From positions 1 through 26,439 of IMG/VR virus record IMGVR_UViG_3300032300_000249: a stretch of DNA of 26,439 nt, one strand, 5' to 3'. The notes under the pieces are model-generated. The model made no database searches, was not told where the DNA came from, and saw only the letters and a list, made by a program, of their open reading frames with translations. A program made the translations under genes and the position numbers. The DNA comes from a virus (lineage: Duplodnaviria; Caudoviricetes). Positions 1-8,140 of the stretch are shown here, one piece after another (the stretch's first letter is position 1; the number at the start of each line of letters is the position of its first letter).

Positions 1-6
1 AAGTTT

Positions 7-12
7 AAGGAG
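7..12 (+). promoter_or_regulatory. Shine-Dalgarno site of the major capsid gene
   Basis: AAGGAG 7 nt upstream of ATG at 20. Confidence 0.85.
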
Positions 13-19
13 AACTATA

Positions 20-1195
20 ATGTCACAATTACTCGAGTCACGCTGGTCGGAAACCAAAGAAGCTCTTTTAGAAGGTCTTCAAGGTAACAAGCGTTCAGTA
101 ATGGCAACTACTCTAGAAAATACCCGCAAGTATTTGGCAGAGAGTGCCACTGCTGGAGCCACATCCGCCGGCAATATCGCAACACTTAACCGTGTTATTC
201 TACCCGTCATTAGACGTGTAATGCCAACAGTTATTGCTAACGAGTTGGTAGGTGTCCAGCCTATGACTGGCCCAGTGGGTCAAATCCACACTCTACGTGT
301 TCGTTACGCAGACAACTACACAGGCAGTACTGGTGACAGTGCAAGTGCTGGTGAAGAAGCTCTATCACCATTTAAGGTTGCAGAAGGATATTCTGGTAAC
401 ACAAATGGCAGAGCTGATGCAACAGCAGCCAAAGAAGGTGCAGCTGGTAACAGAATGAGCATTCAGATCTTGAAACAAACAGTTGAAGCTAAGACACGTA
501 AGTTATCAGCTCGCTGGACGTTTGAAGCTGCTCAAGATGCACAAGCCCAACAAGGCATTGACATCGAAGCAGAAATCATGGCTGCTCTTGCACAAGAGAT
601 CACAGCTGAGATCGATCAAGAAGTTCTACGTAGCTTGGTAACACTATCTGGCACAGCCGTACTAACATACGACCAAGCTACTGTTAGTGGTACTGCTACT
701 TTCGTTGGTGACGAACACGCTGCTCTAGCTGTTCAAATCAATCGTGCTAGCAACATCATTGCACAGCGTACACGTCGTGGCGCAGGTAACTTTGCAGTTG
801 TTAGTCCATTTGCATTGACAATTCTTCAGTCTGCTACTACAAGCGCATTTGCTCGTACAACAGAAGGTACATTCGAAGCTCCTACAAACACCAAGTTTGT
901 TGGTACATTGAACAGTGCTATGAAGATCTATGTTAACGGTTATGCCGCTGACAGTGCTCCAGTGCTAATTGGTTACAAAGGTTCTTCAGAATCTGATGCA
1001 GCCGCTTTCTACTGCCCATACATTCCATTGATGAGCAGTGGAGTTGTACTTGATCCATCAACATTCGAACCAGTCGTATCATTCATGACACGTTATGGTT
1101 ATGTTGAATTGACCAACACAGCATCATCTCTAGGTAACGCAGCTGATTATTTGGCCAACGTTGCTATCACTAGCGGTAATGTTAAGTTTGCTTAA
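20..1195 (+). CDS. gp23: Major capsid protein, T4 gp23 family
   Basis: gp23-family motifs: LIRR-like 'VILPVIRRVMPTVIANELVGVQPMTGPVGQIHTLRVRY', 'KQTVEAKTRKLSARWTFEAAQD', 'EITAEIDQE', 'GYKGSSESDAAAFYCPYIPL', 'DPSTFEPVVSFMTRYG'. Strong SD and downstream terminator. Confidence 0.96.
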   Translation: MSQLLESRWSETKEALLEGLQGNKRSVMATTLENTRKYLAESATAGATSAGNIATLNRVILPVIRRVMPTVIANELVGVQPMTGPVGQIHTLRVRYADNYTGSTGDSASAGEEALSPFKVAEGYSGNTNGRADATAAKEGAAGNRMSIQILKQTVEAKTRKLSARWTFEAAQDAQAQQGIDIEAEIMAALAQEITAEIDQEVLRSLVTLSGTAVLTYDQATVSGTATFVGDEHAALAVQINRASNIIAQRTRRGAGNFAVVSPFALTILQSATTSAFARTTEGTFEAPTNTKFVGTLNSAMKIYVNGYAADSAPVLIGYKGSSESDAAAFYCPYIPLMSSGVVLDPSTFEPVVSFMTRYGYVELTNTASSLGNAADYLANVAITSGNVKFA

Positions 1196-1219
1196 TTGCT
1201 GATTTTTACAACAAAGTTC

Positions 1220-1243
1220 AAAAAGGCTCTTCGGAGCCTTTTT
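1220..1243 (+). terminator. Rho-independent terminator with cUUCGg tetraloop
   Basis: AAAAAGGCTC-TTCG-GAGCCTTTTT perfect inverted repeat with U tract, 25 nt after the capsid stop codon. Confidence 0.93.
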
Positions 1244-1251
1244 GTTTGACT

Positions 1252-1257
1252 TAAATA
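1252..1257 (+). promoter_or_regulatory. Putative T4-type late promoter core (TAAATA)
   Basis: TAAATA just after the terminator and 4 nt before ATG 1262; the same hexamer recurs in other intergenic gaps. Confidence 0.55.
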
Positions 1258-1261
1258 TCTC

Positions 1262-1531
1262 ATGCAAATAGAAAGTGATAAAGATTTTATACAACTGAGA
1301 AATCAATTTTTAGTTTGGCGCAAACGATTTCCTATGTTTGTTCACGATGTACAACAAATAGAAAAAATTATAGATTTACATATACAACAGCATAGTAAAA
1401 TTATGGTCATGCATAGGCAAACACACAATAGAAGTTACTTGGAAAAAGCACAACTAGAAATAAACGCCATCAATCAAGTGATAGGTACAGTTGAAAAATT
1501 AGAACTGATGGCTATATTAAGTAAAGGATAA
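1262..1531 (+). CDS. Hypothetical small helical protein (89 aa)
   Basis: Fills the gap between terminator and next ORF; amphipathic helical pattern; no SD visible. Confidence 0.75.
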   Translation: MQIESDKDFIQLRNQFLVWRKRFPMFVHDVQQIEKIIDLHIQQHSKIMVMHRQTHNRSYLEKAQLEINAINQVIGTVEKLELMAILSKG

Positions 1532-1533
1532 TT

Positions 1534-2223
1534 ATGGGAATTGAAAACTATTTTTTTAAAAACATTCATTCTGTGATAACACTAAACGATACAAAATTAA
1601 AGAAAAAAGTATTATCGTTAGGGCATCCAGATTTGCTTCTTGACAATAATTTTTTGCAAACCATATACGATGATAGTTTTATTAAAAAAATCCCAGAAGA
1701 CAAATATCATGTAGATATACGTAAATTACACAATAGAGAACCAAATTTTTTTATTTACGATCCTTATTTTATTTTTGAACAATACAATTACGAACTTTAT
1801 ATTTTAGATGTTAAGCAACATAGAGGTAATGAAATACTAGTTGACTTAAATTACGAAATTGATCAAAAATATTATGAATATTTTGATCTTATCCTAGACG
1901 GTGGAACATTAGAACATTGTTATAATATATCTCAGGCATTTAAAAATGTATGCCAAATGGTGAAAGTTGGAGGATTTTCTCTCCACTCAAATCCGGTAAA
2001 CAGAATTAATCATGGATATTTTAATTTGAATCCACTATTTTACGATCACGGATTTAAAAAAAATGGATTTAGCATACACGATTTATGCATACTTGATCAA
2101 TCCCAATGTGTTCAAAGTATAAAAGAGATAAAACGAGCTGGAGTGATACCAGTAAAATCATCAGTTTTTTGTAAAGCAGAAAAAATAAAACAAGAAAATT
2201 TTGTCTGGCCTTCACAATACTAA
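1534..2223 (+). CDS. Putative class I SAM-dependent methyltransferase-like protein
   Basis: 'ILVDLN...YFDLILDGGTLEHCYNISQAFKNVCQMVKVGG' resembles the FD..LEH...L+PGG segment of Methyltransf_11-type folds; glycine motif I is atypical (LSLGHPD). Visibly more AT-rich than the flanking structural genes. Confidence 0.65.
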   Translation: MGIENYFFKNIHSVITLNDTKLKKKVLSLGHPDLLLDNNFLQTIYDDSFIKKIPEDKYHVDIRKLHNREPNFFIYDPYFIFEQYNYELYILDVKQHRGNEILVDLNYEIDQKYYEYFDLILDGGTLEHCYNISQAFKNVCQMVKVGGFSLHSNPVNRINHGYFNLNPLFYDHGFKKNGFSIHDLCILDQSQCVQSIKEIKRAGVIPVKSSVFCKAEKIKQENFVWPSQY

Positions 2224-2229
2224 CGCGGA

Positions 2230-2235
2230 TAAATA
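2230..2235 (+). promoter_or_regulatory. Putative T4-type late promoter (GATAAATA)
   Basis: 7/8 match to TATAAATA, intergenic, upstream of a structural operon. Confidence 0.65.
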
Positions 2236-2239
2236 AAGT

Positions 2240-2312
2240 ATCATAAAGTAAGAGCCGTAAAATCGGACTTATGCGGAACCCGCCGCGTATGATTTAAAAA
2301 ATCACTAGGAGA
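2240..2312 (+). promoter_or_regulatory. Structured 5' leader (candidate cis-regulatory RNA) ending in SD AGGAG
   Basis: Stems CCG-TAAAAT-CGG flanked by AAGT/ACTT, TATGCGG-AACCCG-CCGCGTA (2270-2289), TGATTT-AAA-AAATCA (2290-2304), then AGGAG. Confidence 0.5.
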
Positions 2313-2317
2313 AACAA

Positions 2318-3004
2318 ATGGGACGTGCATTAAAGAAAGACATATTTGGTACAGATGTACTAGGGTTACCAGGAACAGCAGGTATTTCAAATACCAACAC
2401 AGGAATTGCAGTAAGCGGATATTTTGGCGGCGCATTATCTACAGACTACGTATTAATCAAACAACGTGGTGCTAACACATATGTAGTTGCAAAAAAAGAA
2501 ACATTCACAGCAGATACAACTAGCGGAAGTCCTATACTGACAAGTATGAGTGACCAAGTTGAAGTGACACTTGGTGATGAGCTAACAGGTGCAGGCATTC
2601 CAGCAGGTGCCAGAGTACTGTCAATAGACAGCGCCACACAGGTAACAATGACCGCAAATGCTACAGCCACTGCGTCGACTGTGACAATTACACACTTTGG
2701 GGCATATCAAGTAGGCAAGCTGGTTAACACAACACCAGATGCCAACGGCGAGATTCTAATTCAAGGTTCTCCAGTGGTTGGAACAGGTGGCGGCGAATCA
2801 GCTGGAGCTTCAGCTGGCCTAGTACCAATTCGTAAACTAACAAAACGTTTAGCTTATGGTTTCCCAAGCGTACCAGTACTAAGCGGTGGTATCCATAGAG
2901 GTGAAGATGACAACACTGCCACTAACCATGATGGCGTTCGTTACACATGGTACCTAGAAAGCGATTCTTCAGCAGACTATATTGTTCTAACACAAGTTAG
3001 CTAA
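2318..3004 (+). CDS. Putative virion structural protein (228 aa)
   Basis: Strong SD; G/T/S/A-rich; internal beta module 'LGDELTGAGIPAGARVLSIDSATQVTMTANAT' of a kind seen in phage fibre proteins. Confidence 0.75.
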   Translation: MGRALKKDIFGTDVLGLPGTAGISNTNTGIAVSGYFGGALSTDYVLIKQRGANTYVVAKKETFTADTTSGSPILTSMSDQVEVTLGDELTGAGIPAGARVLSIDSATQVTMTANATATASTVTITHFGAYQVGKLVNTTPDANGEILIQGSPVVGTGGGESAGASAGLVPIRKLTKRLAYGFPSVPVLSGGIHRGEDDNTATNHDGVRYTWYLESDSSADYIVLTQVS

Positions 3005-3017
3005 TCAAGGATAGTAT

Positions 3018-4154
3018 ATGGCACTGAGTGGACGCACAGTACAATCTAGCGGTGACTACAATATTAAAGCCGGTGAAGGCAGTACTATTCTGCTGGACAC
3101 CGGTCCTAATGTAGGAGAAGTCCGAGTCACTGGTAATCTTATTGTGTTGGGAGAAACTCTCACAGTTGAGGCCACGAACTTAAATGTTCAAGACAATATT
3201 ATTATTCTTAACTACGGTGAAACTGGGCAAGGTGTTACTCTAGGCTATTCTGGAGTACAGATTGATCGAGGTTACAACATCGACTCCAGCCAAGTTGCTC
3301 CAACTGCTTTGCTGTGGGATGAAGCTAATGAAACCTGGCAAATAGCTCAAGGTACTCCTGAAGACGGATTTAATTACACTGATAGTAAATTAAAATTGTC
3401 ACAGATCATCACAGATGCTGCCACTGACGACGGCGACTTAATTCTAATTGGCGCCGGCACAGGAGTAGTAAAAGTAACAGGAACTGATCACTACGAACAG
3501 CGAGTGTTAGACGATGACGATGTTCCAAACAAACGCTATGTAGATGATGCAATTCAATTAAATCCTACATTCCAAATTACCAAAGACGATACCAGAGTCA
3601 TTGTATTTGACAAAGAGAATGCACTACCGGCAGCATCTTTTACACCTGCAATAGGACCGTATATAGCTCAACCAGTACGTAGTGAAATTGCTTTTATTGT
3701 TGACAACAGGCGTGTAGCAGTAATGACTAGAGACCATTTTGAAATGACAGGTCTTACTATTTTTACTGAAGATCCGGTAGTAACTGATATAGAAGCACCT
3801 ATGTCAGGAAATTTTAACCCGGGCCCAACCTCAACAAATCTTACCGGTTTTGAAAATCAAAGTGCAGTGGTTATTCAGTCAGACAATACCAACGCCAATA
3901 TAAGATTAGAAACCAACGGAACAGGCAAGGTTGTGATTTCATATGCCATGAGTTTTGAATATCATGGAAGTCCGGTAACACAGGTCGGCAACACATCTAT
4001 ACTTTACGGATCTACGCCAGGCCCAGGTACTACAGGGTTAAGTTTTAGAAACACTAGACCTAGTAAAGAATTAGACGGCACAGTAAATGCCAGTTTTACC
4101 ACAGATGAATTAATAAGTAAAAATAGAGCACTACTTTTCAGTATGTTATTTTAA
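3018..4154 (+). CDS. Putative virion/fibre-associated protein (378 aa)
   Basis: SD AAGGA; 'VTGNLIVLGETLTVEATNLNVQDNIIILN...SGVQIDRG...LLWDEANETW' fibre-shaft-type segment and 'VPNKRYVD' motif. Confidence 0.75.
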   Translation: MALSGRTVQSSGDYNIKAGEGSTILLDTGPNVGEVRVTGNLIVLGETLTVEATNLNVQDNIIILNYGETGQGVTLGYSGVQIDRGYNIDSSQVAPTALLWDEANETWQIAQGTPEDGFNYTDSKLKLSQIITDAATDDGDLILIGAGTGVVKVTGTDHYEQRVLDDDDVPNKRYVDDAIQLNPTFQITKDDTRVIVFDKENALPAASFTPAIGPYIAQPVRSEIAFIVDNRRVAVMTRDHFEMTGLTIFTEDPVVTDIEAPMSGNFNPGPTSTNLTGFENQSAVVIQSDNTNANIRLETNGTGKVVISYAMSFEYHGSPVTQVGNTSILYGSTPGPGTTGLSFRNTRPSKELDGTVNASFTTDELISKNRALLFSMLF

Positions 4155-4163
4155 GGATTATAA

Positions 4164-4514
4164 ATGGCAATCGCAAACACACGATTAACAACCACAGGAC
4201 TAGTCACAGTTTACACAAGTTCTGGCAACAATGCAATTACCACAATTATTGTGTGCAACACTGGAGCAGTAGATCTTACCAATGAAACTACTCGTGCTAG
4301 CGATCTAGATTTATATTTGGTTCCAAGTGGAGGCGGTGGAGGCACTGAAGCTACACGGATAGTCAGCAAGCTGACAATACCTGCAGGTGAAACAGTTTTC
4401 TTCAGTGAAGAAAGAGTGGTGTTAAGTAACGGAGATACTGTTCAAGCCCAGGCCAGTTCCACGGGCGGAGTTGGTGGATTATTAACTATAACTGTAAGCA
4501 CATTACCAGTATGA
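4164..4514 (+). CDS. Small beta-rich virion protein, paralog family member 1
   Basis: 'TVYT...ITTIIVCN...LTIPAGET...VVLSNGDTV' pattern shared with ORFs 7420, 21350, 21946, 22260; SD AAGGA. Confidence 0.8.
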   Translation: MAIANTRLTTTGLVTVYTSSGNNAITTIIVCNTGAVDLTNETTRASDLDLYLVPSGGGGGTEATRIVSKLTIPAGETVFFSEERVVLSNGDTVQAQASSTGGVGGLLTITVSTLPV

Positions 4515-5065
4515 AATTTTTAAAAACACAAAACACCAGTAGATTCGGTCTCAAGGACAATGCCCTTAAGGTCAATCCCTACGGTCGTTACACCATGGAT
4601 GGTACCGGCGGCCTTAGACTTCCAAAAGGCACAACAGCACAACAGCCAAATCTATCCGGAGTAGAAATGCCCAATGGTGCCAACGGAATGTTGCGTTACA
4701 ATACCACCACAGATGAGCTAGAATGTTATATTGCAGGATTTTGGGAAACAGTCAAAGGTTCCGCAACTAATTCAATAACAGCCTCAGGCTATGGCCCTGG
4801 AGATTTTGTAGAAACAAAATTTGGACCTTTAAATACTGCTTATGCTCCTGATTATTTGGCCAATGCCAACAATATTATTGTGTTAGTTGAAAACGTCTGG
4901 CAGATTGCCGGCACAAATTTTACCATAGTCACTAATCCTGCAGGATTGAGCAGTGCAACAGGCTATTTGGCAGGTATAGCATATCCTGCAGGTAATTATC
5001 TAAGTTTTTCTGATGCAGTGCCTATTGGCAAAACGGTCACTGTGTATTACGGTTACGCCAACTAA
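4511..5065 (+). CDS. Putative virion structural protein (184 aa)
   Basis: ATGA overlap with the upstream gene; 'LRLPKGTTAQQP...GMLRYNTTTDELECY..G.W' module typical of phage fibre/baseplate proteins. Confidence 0.78.
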   Translation: MKFLKTQNTSRFGLKDNALKVNPYGRYTMDGTGGLRLPKGTTAQQPNLSGVEMPNGANGMLRYNTTTDELECYIAGFWETVKGSATNSITASGYGPGDFVETKFGPLNTAYAPDYLANANNIIVLVENVWQIAGTNFTIVTNPAGLSSATGYLAGIAYPAGNYLSFSDAVPIGKTVTVYYGYAN

Positions 5066-5067
5066 TC

Positions 5068-6243
5068 ATGACACAACTAGGTAGAATAAGCGGACCAATA
5101 CTCAATAGTAATCTACTGAGAGATGGTAATGATTTAGCATTTGACACTGATCTATTATATTTAAAAATTTCTCCAATTATAGTGCCGTGGGAACAAGATG
5201 GCGAAGTAGGAGATCCTAATTATGATTCATCTTTGCCAGTCTCAATGGCTGGCACAGGTATAGGTATCAATACTGATACTCCAGTAGTTGATTTAGACAT
5301 CAACAGTTTTACAAAAACTTCAAATCTAATAGTTGACAATCAAGCAATATTTGACAATCTTATATTCAATGCTAACGGCACAGTATCAACGGTTGTAGGA
5401 CCTATTAATATTAGTCCTGTTGGAGCAGGCGCAGTTATTAATCTTGACAGAGTACTAACAGCACAACTTGAAATCAACGGTAATGCAATTAAAAATTACA
5501 CAACCAACGGAAGTGTTGTGCTTAATCCCAATGCATCTGGATCTATAAATATTCAAAGTAGCACCAGTATACTAGGCAATCTAACAATTACAAGTAACAC
5601 GGTTCTGTCTGGAGATCTATCAGCAGGAGACAATATCATAGTTGGCGATAGCCCATTAGATGTTGTAGTTGTAGCACCAGATTTTACACAAGACATTATC
5701 CCGGGCATAGACAACAGTTATGATCTAGGACAATCAGTAAAACGCTGGAGTCAATTGCACGTAGCTGATGATCTAACACACGCTGATCTTGTGCTGCCCC
5801 AAGCAGTTATTATTAGCGATCAAATGAGACTGGACGGAGTTACTGGTCAAATTATCAGTGTGCAGTCAAATGATGATATTCGAATAACACCATTCACTGG
5901 AATAACTTCAATTGAACGTACTCAGTGGCAGATAAACACAGTCACTAACCTCAACAATTCTGCTATTACCATTGCATCCACAGGAATAGGCTATTCGAAA
6001 TTTGTAGGAACAAATGGTTTTGTAATGCCTGCGGGAACAGGTGACGATACTTATGCTCCAGGCACACCACAAAATCAAAGAAGAGCTAACCCTGAAGAAG
6101 GTGAAACTCGATGGAACACTGATTTACAATATGTCGAATGCTACGACGGTACAGTATGGCAATTATCAACTGGTGGTGGTGCAACTATAAGTGTACCAGT
6201 AATGCAAGATTTAGGAAATGTATACAGTCTCATTCTAGGCTAA
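5068..6243 (+). CDS. Putative fibre-like virion protein (391 aa), paralog of 6363..7415
   Basis: N-term 'GRISG.IL.SNL.RDG.DLAF.TDLLYL', beta repeats 'I.GN.I...NG.V.L.PN.SG.I', 'YDLGQSVKRW', C-term 'GTNGFVMPAG...R...GETRWNT'. Confidence 0.8.
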   Translation: MTQLGRISGPILNSNLLRDGNDLAFDTDLLYLKISPIIVPWEQDGEVGDPNYDSSLPVSMAGTGIGINTDTPVVDLDINSFTKTSNLIVDNQAIFDNLIFNANGTVSTVVGPINISPVGAGAVINLDRVLTAQLEINGNAIKNYTTNGSVVLNPNASGSINIQSSTSILGNLTITSNTVLSGDLSAGDNIIVGDSPLDVVVVAPDFTQDIIPGIDNSYDLGQSVKRWSQLHVADDLTHADLVLPQAVIISDQMRLDGVTGQIISVQSNDDIRITPFTGITSIERTQWQINTVTNLNNSAITIASTGIGYSKFVGTNGFVMPAGTGDDTYAPGTPQNQRRANPEEGETRWNTDLQYVECYDGTVWQLSTGGGATISVPVMQDLGNVYSLILG

Positions 6244-6255
6244 TTTTCCAAAAGA

Positions 6256-6263
6256 TATAAATA
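6256..6263 (+). promoter_or_regulatory. T4-type late promoter consensus TATAAATA
   Basis: Exact TATAAATA in the 119-nt intergenic gap upstream of a structural operon. Confidence 0.78.
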
Positions 6264-6267
6264 CTAG

Positions 6268-6358
6268 TGATTACAGAAAAAGTTTTTTTCTGTATGGTCA
6301 AACTGTGGTAAACCCGCAATGCAAGGTGGTTAACCGTGAAACACGGGGTCTAAGGAGA
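6268..6358 (+). promoter_or_regulatory. Structured 5' leader (candidate cis-regulatory RNA) ending in SD TAAGGAG
   Basis: Hairpins TACAGAAAA/TTTTCTGTA (6272-6294), TGTGG-TAAAC-CCGCA (6304-6318), CCGTG-AAA-CACGG (6334-6346), then TAAGGAG. Confidence 0.55.
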
Positions 6359-6362
6359 GCTA

Positions 6363-7415
6363 ATGGCTATTGGAAGAATTTCCGGTCAAATGCTCAAATC
6401 CAATCTAGTCAGAGATGGCGTAGATTTAGCATTTGAGACTGACTTATTATATTTGGATGTTGTTAACTCTCGAATCGGGGTAAACAAACTAAATCCTCAA
6501 CACGACTTAGACGTCAACGGCACAACAAAATCTACTGATCTAGAAGTAACCAATCAATTTGACATTGGCAATATAACAGTCACTGGCAATACTATCAGCA
6601 GCGATCTCAGTACCATAACTTTTGCACCATCGGGTGCTGAACCAACTATCTATAATGCTAGATTAGTAGTAGATGACATTCAAATTCTGGGAAATACTAT
6701 TTCTACAGAAGTATCAAATAGTGCGTTAGAACTACGAGCCAACGGTACAGGAATAATAGATATTTACGGTAACACTAACATCACAGGCAATCTTGATGTT
6801 ACTGGAAATATCAATGCTACTGGAAATGTAACCATAGGCGGAAATATTGTGATTGGAGACAGTCTGTCTGATTCAGTGACCATTAATGCCAGTATTAATA
6901 GTGATCTAGTTCCTCAATTTGACAACACAGTAGATCTAGGATCCGGCGCCTACCGCTGGAGAAACGTCTACGTCAATAATCTGTATACCAGTGTGTTAAA
7001 TGTTACCATGCTGGATGTTGGTAATCTCATGTTTAGAGACAATGAAATTACCAGCACCACAGGACAAGACATAATTATAGACGGCAACGGTGCAGGTGGA
7101 GTTAGACTGGGGAATTTTCGAATTGCAGACAACGTCATAACCAATCTTAGTTCTAATGCAGTAACTGAGATTGCTCAAACAGGCATAGGATATTTTAAAA
7201 TTCAGGGAACAAATGGTTTTGTTCCCCCTGTGGGAAGTGATGGTCAGAGGCCTACCGCTTATGCAGTGCTAGGTATGACTCGATTTAATACTAATTCAAA
7301 AGCTCTTGAAATTTGGGACGGAATTACCTGGGCAAGTCCTGCAGGAGCTTCTGGAGCCGTTTCAGAAATTCAAGCCAACGAAATAGCAGCCACTTATGCG
7401 CTGATGCTAGGATAA
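6363..7415 (+). CDS. Putative fibre-like virion protein (350 aa), paralog of 5068..6243
   Basis: Same N- and C-terminal motifs as the upstream gene; 'ITGNLDVTGNINATGNVTIGGN' repeats; strong SD. Confidence 0.82.
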   Translation: MAIGRISGQMLKSNLVRDGVDLAFETDLLYLDVVNSRIGVNKLNPQHDLDVNGTTKSTDLEVTNQFDIGNITVTGNTISSDLSTITFAPSGAEPTIYNARLVVDDIQILGNTISTEVSNSALELRANGTGIIDIYGNTNITGNLDVTGNINATGNVTIGGNIVIGDSLSDSVTINASINSDLVPQFDNTVDLGSGAYRWRNVYVNNLYTSVLNVTMLDVGNLMFRDNEITSTTGQDIIIDGNGAGGVRLGNFRIADNVITNLSSNAVTEIAQTGIGYFKIQGTNGFVPPVGSDGQRPTAYAVLGMTRFNTNSKALEIWDGITWASPAGASGAVSEIQANEIAATYALMLG

Positions 7416-7419
7416 AATT

Positions 7420-7752
7420 ATGCCAACCTTATTTAGACACGCAGTAAACACCGAAATAGGAACCACACCCGTAGATGTACTACAAGTAGATCAAGGAGTT
7501 AGAGTCACTGTTATTGGCATGAATATTGCCAATATCACAGACTTTGATACAGTGGTAGTTAACATATATGTTATAGATGAAAACTCTACGCAGGCACATT
7601 ATGTGCGGGGCCTATCAATATCTCCCAACAGCACAGCTAAGATTATCACTCAAGGTGAAAAACTGATATTACCAGAAACTGCAGGCATAAGAATAGTCAG
7701 CGATACCGAAGACAGCATAGATTCTGTCATTAGTTATGTAGAAATCTCTTAA
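7420..7752 (+). CDS. Small beta-rich virion protein, paralog family member 2
   Basis: 'TVIGMNIAN...LSISPNST...GEKLIL...SVISYVEIS' matches the small-paralog pattern. Confidence 0.8.
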   Translation: MPTLFRHAVNTEIGTTPVDVLQVDQGVRVTVIGMNIANITDFDTVVVNIYVIDENSTQAHYVRGLSISPNSTAKIITQGEKLILPETAGIRIVSDTEDSIDSVISYVEIS

Positions 7753-7761
7753 GGAAAAATT

Positions 7762-8127
7762 ATGCCAAGTAATTATTATTTAGGTCAAAGCCCAGATGAA
7801 TCATTAGGAGACAGTCCTCGCTATTGGTATGCTCTGCGTAGAAACAACGATGGAGAATTATTTTTGTATAGAAGTGATCAACTCAAAGATAAAGACAGTA
7901 TTGAATTAAATTTACCTGGAGCTCCTGAAGAAAATTTTGAAGATTTTGAACCAGGTATAGACTACTTTGATGGCATTACACAAGATCACGAAGTGGCGTA
8001 TGACAATTTGGTATGGACACAATATCGTTGGGACAACAGGAATATGTTGTACTATGTTGATAATCAGGGAAGATTAACACAGAGAATAAATCAGGGATAC
8101 ACATATCCCACAGGTCATTCAAGTTAA
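7762..8127 (+). CDS. Hypothetical acidic/aromatic-rich protein, probably virion-associated (121 aa)
   Basis: SD TAAGGA; tightly packed in the operon; no recognised domain. Confidence 0.78.
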   Translation: MPSNYYLGQSPDESLGDSPRYWYALRRNNDGELFLYRSDQLKDKDSIELNLPGAPEENFEDFEPGIDYFDGITQDHEVAYDNLVWTQYRWDNRNMLYYVDNQGRLTQRINQGYTYPTGHSS

Positions 8128-8140
8128 AACGGAATAAATC

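Noticed and set aside
4159-4166. TATAAATG as a late promoter
   Set aside because: It overlaps the start codon and lies downstream of the SD, so it is better explained as an AT-rich spacer.
6272-6294. Hairpin as a rho-independent terminator for ORF 5068
   Set aside because: The stem is A/U-rich, has no U tract after it and lies downstream of the TATAAATA promoter; treated as part of the leader, though attenuation is not excluded.
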